Positions 15,923 to 24,589 of a stretch of DNA of 35,374 bases are shown piece after piece. A program made the position numbers and the translations under genes. The notes beneath the pieces are model-generated. The model searched no databases, was not told where the DNA came from, and worked only from the letters and a program-made list of their open reading frames with translations. Numbering within the stretch: position 1 is the first letter of the stretch; every line of letters begins with the position of its first letter. The DNA lies in IMG/VR virus record IMGVR_UViG_3300017963_000520, positions 1 to 35,374 of that record, one strand, 5' to 3'. The DNA is from a virus. Its lineage: Duplodnaviria; Caudoviricetes.

Positions 15923-17317
15923 CTAATTGTAAGTAAACGACCAAAGATTAAAACCTTCAACATCATCGTCATTTTCAAGTGCGTAAATTTTCTCTTTCCC
16001 GCTGCTTGGCGTTGCTGCGTACTGATATGTTCCGGAGGGTGCAGCATTCGTTCCCGAAATATCACAAGCTATTGTACTTGCATAATCGAAATCGGCTCTT
16101 GCCTGATAAATATAGTCAATAAAATCGTCTACTTCAGTCTGTGTCCATGCATTGTCATAGAGTGTTGTTGTTCTCAACTTGACATTTGATGAAAGATCGA
16201 TATCCGGGAAAGAGTTATCATATGCATACAAACCGATCATTTTTGTATTGCTTGACGTGTCAAGGCTCGTAAAGTCACAAGAATAACACCAAAACTGAAG
16301 TAAGTTTGTAAGGGAAGACAACCCGGAAAACGTGATATTAGCATTGTTGCCAATATGCAAATTGAGCATCGCTGTTAAATTTGTAACATCCAGTGACGTT
16401 ATATTATTACCATAAACAAATAATTTTGTCAGCCAATCAAGGCCGTCTAATGTCGATCCGGCTGCACCTGCCAAGTCGTTACCTATAAGACTTATCTCTG
16501 TCACATGACCGCCGGAACAAGTTAATCCGTACCAAGTGCTCACATCAAGAGCGGTGACCCAGTTTGTATTTGTAGCCCAATTTGGTCCATCAGTTGCATA
16601 ATAAAAATCTATCAAAGCATCAACTTCAGCCTGTGTGACATTTGTATACGCAGGTGAAGTATATGTGATCGTCCACTTATTGTGACCATCACCGTCAGGA
16701 TCATAGACAAGGTCCTCAATATACCCCAATCCTGTTGCAGACGGTGCGGCATTGGTTCCGCCTATATTAAGTACAGGATTTGTGTCGGTATAGCTCAAAC
16801 GGCTTGAATATATCCCGGCAAGGACAGCATCAACCGCCGATTCTGTCAATCCATTGTCTTGCAGATATAAAACATCGACTTTCGTATTGTCCGAAGCATC
16901 GAAAGCCGTTATTGAATTGAGATTGCACCAAATAGCCGTTGCATTTACGATTTTAGTCAAGTCGATTGATGTTAGTGAATTATTATAAATATAAAAGCCT
17001 GTTATAGTTGACTTGTTCAATAAGCTTATTGTTCCTGTAAGTGAATTTGCATGAAGATCAATAACTGTCAACCATTCTAAGTCTTCTATCGTATCACTAA
17101 CTGTTCCAGACAAATTATTACTATCTAAATCAAGTCGAGTAACATGACCACCGGTTAATACCAATCCATGCCAGTCAGCAACATTAGGATTTGTTATCCA
17201 CCCGCTATTATTTGTCCAACTATCACCTCCAGTCGCATTATAAAAAGCAATGAGAGCATCAACCTCGGCTTTAGTTACTCCATAATAATATCCTAATAAA
17301 CCATTAATAGCTATCAT
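15923..17317 (-). CDS. Leucine-rich-repeat protein with two tandem capped LRR units; putative receptor-binding adhesin
   Basis: Two copies of AEVDALIxFYxATxGxxW...WxG...GGHVTxxxLxxNxLxG, LxxLxxxxN repeats and GTNAAPS ends. Coupled to the fibre gene by TAATG. Confidence 0.85.
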   Translation of the reverse strand: MIAINGLLGYYYGVTKAEVDALIAFYNATGGDSWTNNSGWITNPNVADWHGLVLTGGHVTRLDLDSNNLSGTVSDTIEDLEWLTVIDLHANSLTGTISLLNKSTITGFYIYNNSLTSIDLTKIVNATAIWCNLNSITAFDASDNTKVDVLYLQDNGLTESAVDAVLAGIYSSRLSYTDTNPVLNIGGTNAAPSATGLGYIEDLVYDPDGDGHNKWTITYTSPAYTNVTQAEVDALIDFYYATDGPNWATNTNWVTALDVSTWYGLTCSGGHVTEISLIGNDLAGAAGSTLDGLDWLTKLFVYGNNITSLDVTNLTAMLNLHIGNNANITFSGLSSLTNLLQFWCYSCDFTSLDTSSNTKMIGLYAYDNSFPDIDLSSNVKLRTTTLYDNAWTQTEVDDFIDYIYQARADFDYASTIACDISGTNAAPSGTYQYAATPSSGKEKIYALENDDDVEGFNLWSFTYN

Positions 17318-19347
17318 TAGGCACCACCATCAATCCATGTTCCTATTGACGTTCTTGCAATCCAGTCATAAGTACTTGCACCTGTCTGAAATGATAAAAA
17401 AGTTATAGCGTCTCCCACTGCCGGAGTAGCGTTATTAACCTTGTCACCATCATCCAATGCAGTCCCATCAAGATATATTTTATCACTCGGACCTGCTTTG
17501 ATATTAAGTGCTCCGGCCCCTGATGTGCCTACAGTGCATATAAAGTTCATACCAGCACCGGCCGTAGGTAAAGTCAATGTGTTAGCGACTGTCTGTCCAT
17601 AATTGTTTACGAGAGTGTTTGTGACCTCAGCAGATGTCAATGTTTGAGTTGAAGACTTTACGACTGCTGTAACAGCTACTGATAAAGGATCTGACACAGT
17701 ACCAGACCCAGTTAAGGTATCATCGGTAGAAACACTTGCAAGATATGATCCGGTTGGGCTTGTGGCTTGTGATTGCCTATTTCCTGTGATAGCATCTACT
17801 TGGATCAGTTTCCAATCTCCACCAGTATACCTAATAATTATCTTTGCAATAAAAACGCTTTCAGGTGCAAGTGTAGTTAGCTCACCAAGGTTTATATCAT
17901 TGGTTGTTACAGCTTGCGCTCCAGTCAATGTTAAATATTCAGATTGTGCTTGCACGAATATTGTTCTGTACGGTAGGGATCCAGCGTCAGCAGTGGTAGG
18001 GACTTGTAATACAAACATGGCCGCATAGTAATTGTTAGACATGAGAGTTTGTCCCCATGTCCCACCTGAAAACTCATTCCAATAAGGTTGACTTGTGCTT
18101 ACAGGAACAATGTCAGCCGCCGATTTAGTAAAGTTTGCAGTGTCAGCAGACGATAAGAAAAATTGAGTATAATTTGCAGCTGTAAAAGCTGTAATTGTGC
18201 TTTTCAAATCCTCATCATATACAATTGACTCGCTAACAGTTGGTCGCCTATCAGCTGCGGTTGTACTGTCAAGCGTATAACCGCCAAGTATCCCTCCGCT
18301 ATACTTGAAGGTGCCGATAGAGTCGTGTAAATGATGATGTGTCTGCCATGGCATAAGTCCATGACATTCTCGCAATCCAAATTTATCGCTTGTGCCATGG
18401 TCAACATAGGCAATTAGTAAATCATAAAAGTAAAAAGTATCAGTTCCTATTTCTTTCCAAACAAATGCAGACCCATTATAGACAAGAAAATATCTTTTAT
18501 CTAATGTTGCTGGGTGTGCATCACTTACCCATCCTGATATCAATGCTGATACGTGCTCACCTTCATAATAAGCATTCCACGAACTACCGGTAAGGGTTAT
18601 TTTACGAGTAGTAGAATCATAGGATACAACCACATTTTCAGGAACATCAAATCCTGTTGGTTCCTTTGTAACTTCAGTTGTAGCATTGTTTAAGTATCGT
18701 GGGTTGGCATTGATAACACCTACCGTAGCCGACTTTACAAGGCAAACGCCTACATATATAGCATGATCCGGCATTACTGGCCGTACATTGGTCCACTTTC
18801 CTGGGTTCGCCGGATCGACATATATTGGAAGCCCCTCTGTTAACGCATCAGTGTTTAGTCCACTAACATTACCTCTGAAAGTGATTCTTCCAGTGTTGTT
18901 GTTTGCTATTGTTGGAACGGTAACAACACCTAACACGCTTACAGATAAATCATGATCGGTGGCGTCAGTCAATGTAAATGCTTGCCTGTTACCGGAAACA
19001 CCATATGCCGAAACAACGTCCCCGTTAACCACATCGCCACCAGATAGATTAGTCAGATAATCGTGAACCTCTTGACCTAACTGAATTTCACCATCAGGTA
19101 CGCCAAATGCAAGCGTTACAGCATCTGCATCCCATCGAAGCTTCCTTTCAGCAGAAGTGGTAACTCCAGTATTGAAAGTAACTGAATCAGGAGAGATATC
19201 ATTTGTAACAACATATTCATTCCCTGCAACATCCCATTCTAAAAGATCGCCATCAGCCGATCCAGCAGCAACATTTGCAGATGTAGCGCTATCTGATACT
19301 AAATCGAATTTACCTGTTAATGGATTTATTACTTGTTTAAAGGCCAT
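17317..19347 (-). CDS. Tail fibre / virion appendage protein
   Basis: 676 aa, T/S/G-rich beta protein. N-terminal NPLTGKFDLV and C-terminal TLTLPTAGAGMNF module; lies after the tail-tip genes. Confidence 0.7.
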   Translation of the reverse strand: MAFKQVINPLTGKFDLVSDSATSANVAAGSADGDLLEWDVAGNEYVVTNDISPDSVTFNTGVTTSAERKLRWDADAVTLAFGVPDGEIQLGQEVHDYLTNLSGGDVVNGDVVSAYGVSGNRQAFTLTDATDHDLSVSVLGVVTVPTIANNNTGRITFRGNVSGLNTDALTEGLPIYVDPANPGKWTNVRPVMPDHAIYVGVCLVKSATVGVINANPRYLNNATTEVTKEPTGFDVPENVVVSYDSTTRKITLTGSSWNAYYEGEHVSALISGWVSDAHPATLDKRYFLVYNGSAFVWKEIGTDTFYFYDLLIAYVDHGTSDKFGLRECHGLMPWQTHHHLHDSIGTFKYSGGILGGYTLDSTTAADRRPTVSESIVYDEDLKSTITAFTAANYTQFFLSSADTANFTKSAADIVPVSTSQPYWNEFSGGTWGQTLMSNNYYAAMFVLQVPTTADAGSLPYRTIFVQAQSEYLTLTGAQAVTTNDINLGELTTLAPESVFIAKIIIRYTGGDWKLIQVDAITGNRQSQATSPTGSYLASVSTDDTLTGSGTVSDPLSVAVTAVVKSSTQTLTSAEVTNTLVNNYGQTVANTLTLPTAGAGMNFICTVGTSGAGALNIKAGPSDKIYLDGTALDDGDKVNNATPAVGDAITFLSFQTGASTYDWIARTSIGTWIDGGA

Positions 19348-19417
19348 ATTTTAACCTCTTTAAGTTATTGTTTTTTTCAATATTATATATCACACTTTAC
19401 TATGAAAAAGCAACCGG

Positions 19418-20983
19418 TCAGCTTTTATATATCTTTAACTCCATTTTAGGATTAACAACACTATACCAATAGTTGCATAGGCTGTTTTCACAGTTATCAC
19501 TAGTTGTCGATGGCCCTAAACATACACTTGTTTCATAATCAGGAGAATCATACATAATCTCCACACCTCTCAAAGCATGCAAGGCTTCAATAAGATCATA
19601 AACAGCCATAGAAAACTCAGCGTTTATATCCATTAGTTGTGGGTCTGACTCATCGCTATCATCTACTTCCCAAGGATAATTACCACAAGTGCATAATACC
19701 TCTGTTTCTCTTGATGAAGTATATATTGTCCTTAGTACACCCTCATCATCAATTGTTTCGATATAGGCATGGGAATTAAAAAGTACCTGCACGATTGATA
19801 TTTCACTCATTACAGCGCCAGGATATCCGATCCCTATCGCATCGTTTCCATATTCCGCATCTGTACCGTATGAATAATACGACTCATCTTCATCAAGTGG
19901 ACAAACAAAATGACTTTCCATATAATCCCATGATGACCAATCGTAAAGATTAACTCCACCAGCTTGAAATATTGGACCAAACGGCCCCTCAGTATAAAAA
20001 AAGTTATGTAAATATGCCGGTGCAATACTTCCCCAAGGAGTTATAGTTTCATCCCATTCTGTCCTACTTTCAAATACTCCATCAACTTCAGTTACAGAAT
20101 ATGATATTTCAGGCTTATCATATAAATATCCTGGGTTTTCTCCGTGTGCAGTCAACCCCCATGTAGTAAATTTTTCATGATAATTATTATATGCAGCATC
20201 AGTATAAAAAGTTCGTAATAATCGAGTATATGGCAATCCATAGTACTGATTATCCAAGGTTGTTTCGGTCTTATCTGCCAAGTACGCTATGCAATCAGCG
20301 TAATCTGTAGGGCCTGTAAAACCTTCTACATAAGCATTGGTTTTAATATCCCATAATATACCAAGTTCACCTAGTGAGAAAAAAACAATCTCATCATTGC
20401 AAGGTTTTGGATTAGACTTAAAACCAATTATTTTACCTTGACCCCATTTTGTATCATCAAACTCAACTACAACTACGTCACCTTCTTCAAACGGCGCAGA
20501 ATTGCAATCCATGTATTCAATTTTTAAACCATACAGATTGTCAACTTGATTTAAAACATCACGATAAAATTCAGAAGAGTATGTTTCAAGATTTACGTTT
20601 GCGATATCTTCAGACTTGTTGATATCGTATATTGTTCCATATCGATAACGAGGCTTCCACGACTCAACTCCAGGAGCAATAATTGCATTAAGCAATTTAG
20701 CATACGGATTCATGACTCCAAAATACTGAAAAACGCCATCTCGTTCAGAGTCATACTGAGCACCCGTTTCATAAGCAGGATGAATATTTAAGCCTTGTTT
20801 TTCTCTGTCAACTTCTATGGTGCCTACACGAGATCCTACGGTGATATCACCCAAATCAACACACCATACAAGCACTTGCTCCTTTGCTTGATTTTCATAA
20901 TATTCTATATCCTCTATACGCTGTTCAAGCTGTGTTATTTGATAACGTAATGAGGTAATTTTTCCGGAATTTTCCGATGCCAT
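19418..20983 (-). CDS. Tail tip protein (C-terminal part of an apparently split gene)
   Basis: WCVDL...VGTIEV...WKPRYRYGTI...IEYMDCN..FEEGDVVVV...IIGF region, followed by an aromatic/acidic domain. Confidence 0.65.
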   Translation of the reverse strand: MASENSGKITSLRYQITQLEQRIEDIEYYENQAKEQVLVWCVDLGDITVGSRVGTIEVDREKQGLNIHPAYETGAQYDSERDGVFQYFGVMNPYAKLLNAIIAPGVESWKPRYRYGTIYDINKSEDIANVNLETYSSEFYRDVLNQVDNLYGLKIEYMDCNSAPFEEGDVVVVEFDDTKWGQGKIIGFKSNPKPCNDEIVFFSLGELGILWDIKTNAYVEGFTGPTDYADCIAYLADKTETTLDNQYYGLPYTRLLRTFYTDAAYNNYHEKFTTWGLTAHGENPGYLYDKPEISYSVTEVDGVFESRTEWDETITPWGSIAPAYLHNFFYTEGPFGPIFQAGGVNLYDWSSWDYMESHFVCPLDEDESYYSYGTDAEYGNDAIGIGYPGAVMSEISIVQVLFNSHAYIETIDDEGVLRTIYTSSRETEVLCTCGNYPWEVDDSDESDPQLMDINAEFSMAVYDLIEALHALRGVEIMYDSPDYETSVCLGPSTTSDNCENSLCNYWYSVVNPKMELKIYKS

Positions 20984-21297
20984 TAAGGTATTTCACCTTC
21001 AACTGTTCCCGATATAGTTCCGCCTTGACTTAAGGTTGCGTCAACCTCAAGATCTGTGGTCATATAAATAGGCCCACCCGTTTCAAGGTCTGCCTTAAAT
21101 CCTGTATCGGCATAATATATGGCCAAATACCCATTTTTTTCAAACTTGACCTTATATGATCGTCCTTGCCACAATCCAGATATCTCATATTCTCCGAGTG
21201 CATCTGTAGTATCACTCCCCTGATTTGTATAGGTTGATGTATCATTTTCCCATCGGAAAGCCGTTACCGTTACTCCTTCGAGCGGTGTTGTTGCCAT
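20983..21297 (-). CDS. Carboxypeptidase-regulatory-like (prealbumin/CnaB-type) beta-sandwich protein
   Basis: PLEGVTVTA...TTDALGEYEISGL..G.SYKVKFEKNGY; ends GGTISGTVEG. Confidence 0.8.
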   Translation of the reverse strand: MATTPLEGVTVTAFRWENDTSTYTNQGSDTTDALGEYEISGLWQGRSYKVKFEKNGYLAIYYADTGFKADLETGGPIYMTTDLEVDATLSQGGTISGTVEGEIP

Positions 21298-21635
21298 TAT
21301 ATAAATCCTTTCACTGTCCCTGATATTTGTCCCGATTCTTCAGGTGGAGGTTCAGGCTCAGGCGGGCCTGGTTCTGGATCTGATGAAGGCGAAGGGTCTT
21401 CATCTTCTTCTGGATCTGGATCTTCTTCTTCCGGGTCTTCTTCTTTTGCCGGATCTTCTTCTTGGTCTTCTACTGTATCGGCTTCAATTTCAGCTTGTGT
21501 CGCTTTGAGTTCTTCCATAAGCTTGTCAATAGTGGCTTCTATATACCTAATATCGCTTGTTTTCGTTTCATATTCAAGCGTTACAAGATATAATCCTTCT
21601 TCACCTACTTTTTCTCTGATAATAGCTTTTCCCAT
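21297..21635 (-). CDS. Tail tip protein N-terminal part with acidic Pro-rich linker
   Basis: MGKAII...GLYLVTL, a coiled-coil helix, an E/D/P low-complexity linker, and a terminal GQISGTVKG. Confidence 0.65.
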   Translation of the reverse strand: MGKAIIREKVGEEGLYLVTLEYETKTSDIRYIEATIDKLMEELKATQAEIEADTVEDQEEDPAKEEDPEEEDPDPEEDEDPSPSSDPEPGPPEPEPPPEESGQISGTVKGFI

Positions 21636-21638
21636 ATA

Positions 21639-22610
21639 TTAATCCAAATAATGAACATAAAGAGTATATCTTGAGTTTAACCATGCTAAAGGATCTGACA
21701 GTCTATTAACATACACAGTCACTCTACAAGTATATATTCCTGCTGGTAAAGTTGCTATAAAATCGCCATTTCCTCTTGTAGTATTTATTGTAGGTGCAGG
21801 ATTCTCAAATGGCTCATAAACGCCTTGTATCAAATCAAACTCAAAGCCACTTGCGATATTATCAGTGTCAAGCGCTGGAGGTAAGGCTGAGAACTCTACT
21901 TTTACTTGCCTTTCAGATGATAATTCAAAATATCGACACCTAAAAACATATGTATCATAAGTATATCCCTCAGGTGATATATATGTGTCAGAAGAATCAA
22001 GTCCTGATCCGCAATTTGTTCTGAAAGATCCGCTCGATATTGAGCCTATAGTTAATGGTCCAGTTGTGCATACAGGCCATCCCGGATCACCTGCTTCACT
22101 CTCATCGTCAGGCGGTCTTGCGCCTTCTGTGAGTGTTACTGATCCAAAACTATCGGCATTCCAACTAACTGCAACTGATAAAATATACCTTTCTACATCA
22201 TCGTAAGTAACCGTCATTCCGTTTTGATATCCCTGCTCAATTGACGGTAGTAGAAATGACCAGTAACCACTTTGTAACTGCTCGTTTGATGTCAAATCAT
22301 CAACAGCAAAACTATCAGGAATTGATCCTGAAAAAACAATATCTTCAAAATCAATACTTATTGATCTGTCAGTCGGTCCTTTTGCTATATTGGCTGTACC
22401 TATTGTGCAAGTTAAAATCTCAGTATCAGTTGACCCAACATGTTTTGTAAGAACTATCTCACCTTCAGGATTATCAGATATAAAATCTCTGTAATCAAGG
22501 CCCTCTACAACACAAGAACCACTTGATCCGTTTGAATCAGATCTATACTGAAAAGAGGATACCGGCATATCGGTACCCTCAAATAATATGGTGAAAGTTG
22601 TTTTTAACAT
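21639..22610 (-). CDS. Putative tail hub / minor tail protein with C-terminal beta domain
   Basis: Lies after the tape measure and distal tail genes; MPVSSFQYR N-terminal region. Start taken as MLKTTF. Confidence 0.55.
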   Translation of the reverse strand: MLKTTFTILFEGTDMPVSSFQYRSDSNGSSGSCVVEGLDYRDFISDNPEGEIVLTKHVGSTDTEILTCTIGTANIAKGPTDRSISIDFEDIVFSGSIPDSFAVDDLTSNEQLQSGYWSFLLPSIEQGYQNGMTVTYDDVERYILSVAVSWNADSFGSVTLTEGARPPDDESEAGDPGWPVCTTGPLTIGSISSGSFRTNCGSGLDSSDTYISPEGYTYDTYVFRCRYFELSSERQVKVEFSALPPALDTDNIASGFEFDLIQGVYEPFENPAPTINTTRGNGDFIATLPAGIYTCRVTVYVNRLSDPLAWLNSRYTLYVHYLD

Positions 22611-22672
22611 CCGCAACCATACATAAAAAGTGAACAAATAAATATTGACATTCCAATAAAATACTTAATCAT
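22604..22672 (-). CDS. 22-aa peptide resembling a lipoprotein signal peptide
   Basis: AGGAG RBS; MIKYFIGMSIFICSLFMYGCGC*; overlaps both neighbours. Confidence 0.4.
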   Translation of the reverse strand: MIKYFIGMSIFICSLFMYGCGC

Positions 22673-22814
22673 TTCCGAGTCTCCTTTTCTTTTTTGGATA
22701 AAATAGATTTTCTTTTTCTCTTTCTATCATTGTTTCCATGTCTTTAATAGCTGTGTAATCTCCGCTATGAATTCTTTTTGAAATATCTCTTATTTCATTT
22801 TTAAAACGATCCAT
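22665..22814 (-). CDS. Small charged protein (49 aa)
   Basis: MDRFKNEIRDISKRIHSGDYTAIKDMETMIEREKENLFYPKKKRRLGND* with AAGGA RBS. Confidence 0.55.
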   Translation of the reverse strand: MDRFKNEIRDISKRIHSGDYTAIKDMETMIEREKENLFYPKKKRRLGND

Positions 22815-23223
22815 AAAAGTCCTTTTTTATACTGTCTGTCTTTACCCAACCATCACACATGTCAAGATCGCAATCCTTAATTTTTATAAATCCGTCTTGA
22901 ACCATCTGTTTGTTGATATTAAAGCTATACCAAAATAATATAGCTTTCTTGTTGATTTCAACTATTGTTACCTTTGAGCCTATAAGTAACGGATCAAGAA
23001 ATCTTTTATATTCTATAATATTGGCTTTGTTATAGTCAAGTCCATACAGTAAATAGTCTTTTATACCGTGTTTTGTTTTGACTGATATTTCACCATCGTA
23101 ATTAATGTTAACGACGTTACCATTTAATATTTTGTTTGGCTCGTGATTGTAGCTATTGTATGATAACAGTAATACACATATTAAAATATCAAAAAATTTA
23201 CTCTTCGGAATCATGATCTCCAT
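22801..23223 (-). CDS. Thermonuclease (SNase)-fold protein with N-terminal hydrophobic anchor, catalytic residues degenerate
   Basis: GNVVNINYDGEI, LLYGLD, FLDPLLIGSKV and NINKQMVQDG follow the SNase pattern. Confidence 0.6.
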   Translation of the reverse strand: MEIMIPKSKFFDILICVLLLSYNSYNHEPNKILNGNVVNINYDGEISVKTKHGIKDYLLYGLDYNKANIIEYKRFLDPLLIGSKVTIVEINKKAILFWYSFNINKQMVQDGFIKIKDCDLDMCDGWVKTDSIKKDFYGSF

Positions 23224-23740
23224 TACCTCTTTGGTCTTCTTTTATTTCAAGCATGTTATTCCCGTCTTTTGCCCTGTCTAAAGCGTACTGATGGATTTCT
23301 TTCAAAACTTCTGTATCAGTTTCTTTTGGGAAAATTAACTTTACTATACAATCATCCCGTAAAGATACGGCATTAATCATTTGACGCAACCCTTTAAGTC
23401 CGCCTCGTGATATTTTCCTGACTTTCACAAATGAAAAAGTAATTGACTCGTTATTGTTTGCTGCCTGATTTATTTTTTTTATTAGTCGCAAATAGAAAGC
23501 ATCGCAATCCGTTTCAGATATCTTTTCGGATGCTACGAAAGTCTGTTTTTTTTCAAAGTGTTTCAATTCGCTTGTTTTTATCCTAATATCTGAAAGCTTT
23601 TTTCTACCTGCTGCAACTTCCCAAAGATCGGGAACATATTGCCTGATATCGGGGAACAGTCTTATAGTTATAAATCCGAGTATAACTATAGTTTTTACAT
23701 CAAGACTTGTTATCCAATCTATTATTACTTTTTCGTTCAT
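23198..23740 (-). CDS. Membrane-anchored protein with STAS-like C-terminal domain
   Basis: N-terminal hydrophobic segment. ITFSFVKVRKISRGGLKGL resembles the STAS lDlsgVxfiDSsGLgaL motif. Confidence 0.5.
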   Translation of the reverse strand: MNEKVIIDWITSLDVKTIVILGFITIRLFPDIRQYVPDLWEVAAGRKKLSDIRIKTSELKHFEKKQTFVASEKISETDCDAFYLRLIKKINQAANNNESITFSFVKVRKISRGGLKGLRQMINAVSLRDDCIVKLIFPKETDTEVLKEIHQYALDRAKDGNNMLEIKEDQRGNGDHDSEE

Positions 23741-23749
23741 ACGTTATCT

Positions 23750-24589
23750 TTAATAATACAGTTCTATTTTAGTGATATTCATAGAGTTAGAACAGTTTGG
23801 AAGAGTACATGTGAAGTCCCATAAGAACTCATATATTGCAGAATGAGTTCCAGGCTCATAAGGATTGTCCCAGTCTAAATCGTACTCTTGACCAGAAACC
23901 GGAAATCCTGACATGTAAAACAATTTATCATAATCTGGATATGTTTCAATATAAAAAGCATTTGGTGGATCGCCTACTGAATACGTATAGCTATATGTTA
24001 TTTTAAATTTTGTAGGCTTCAGGCCGTCGGCCCATGATCCCCAAGGATACGCATATCCATTTGCAGCGCTCCCTACAAGATCAAGTGAGTACCATCTTAA
24101 TGCACTATTTATGCCTGAACCTGTCCATGATGTCCCATCCCATGACAGTAAAACATAAGCTGACCCGTCACCGTAACCCTCCCAAAAACTATCCGAAGTC
24201 ACATCATTCCATGAAACAGGTGATGGTACCGGATATATATCTTCGTTATTTACAATTGATTCTTTTATCCATAATACAAGGCTTGCAGTCCCAGAAGATA
24301 TGTCAAGTGAGTATATGGTGCTGTTATATAAACCAACATTATCACTAAAAACTATATCTGTATTATCTTCCATCCAACCATTTAATAATACTTCATCATC
24401 AATAGATAACAAGTCAAGTGATATCGTAGCCGTCCTGTCTTTGTGAGTATAACCACTGTTATGAAAGTAGGTGTCTCCGTTTACAAGCTTTGCCCGAGAA
24501 AGCCGTTTATTTGCATGAGGAAACAATAAAGATCCATTGCGCATTAACGGTGTTGAGCTTGTATCGTCCGGCATGAGAGTTATTAACAT
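23750..24589 (-). CDS. Putative distal tail protein with C-terminal Trp/Tyr-rich domain
   Basis: TAATG-coupled to the tape measure. About 110-aa N-domain (RLSRAKLVNG...GYTHKDRT) plus an extension. Confidence 0.6.
   Translation of the reverse strand: MLITLMPDDTSSTPLMRNGSLLFPHANKRLSRAKLVNGDTYFHNSGYTHKDRTATISLDLLSIDDEVLLNGWMEDNTDIVFSDNVGLYNSTIYSLDISSGTASLVLWIKESIVNNEDIYPVPSPVSWNDVTSDSFWEGYGDGSAYVLLSWDGTSWTGSGINSALRWYSLDLVGSAANGYAYPWGSWADGLKPTKFKITYSYTYSVGDPPNAFYIETYPDYDKLFYMSGFPVSGQEYDLDWDNPYEPGTHSAIYEFLWDFTCTLPNCSNSMNITKIELYY

Noticed and set aside
19382-19413. Promoter upstream of the fibre gene
   Set aside because: TATAAT is present, but the best -35 (TTGCTT) is 20 nt away, which is too weak to call.
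15923-24589. Diversity-generating retroelement or invertible tail-fibre cassette
   Set aside because: There is no reverse transcriptase or invertase and no near-identical TR/VR pair. The LRR duplication is diverged at all base types.
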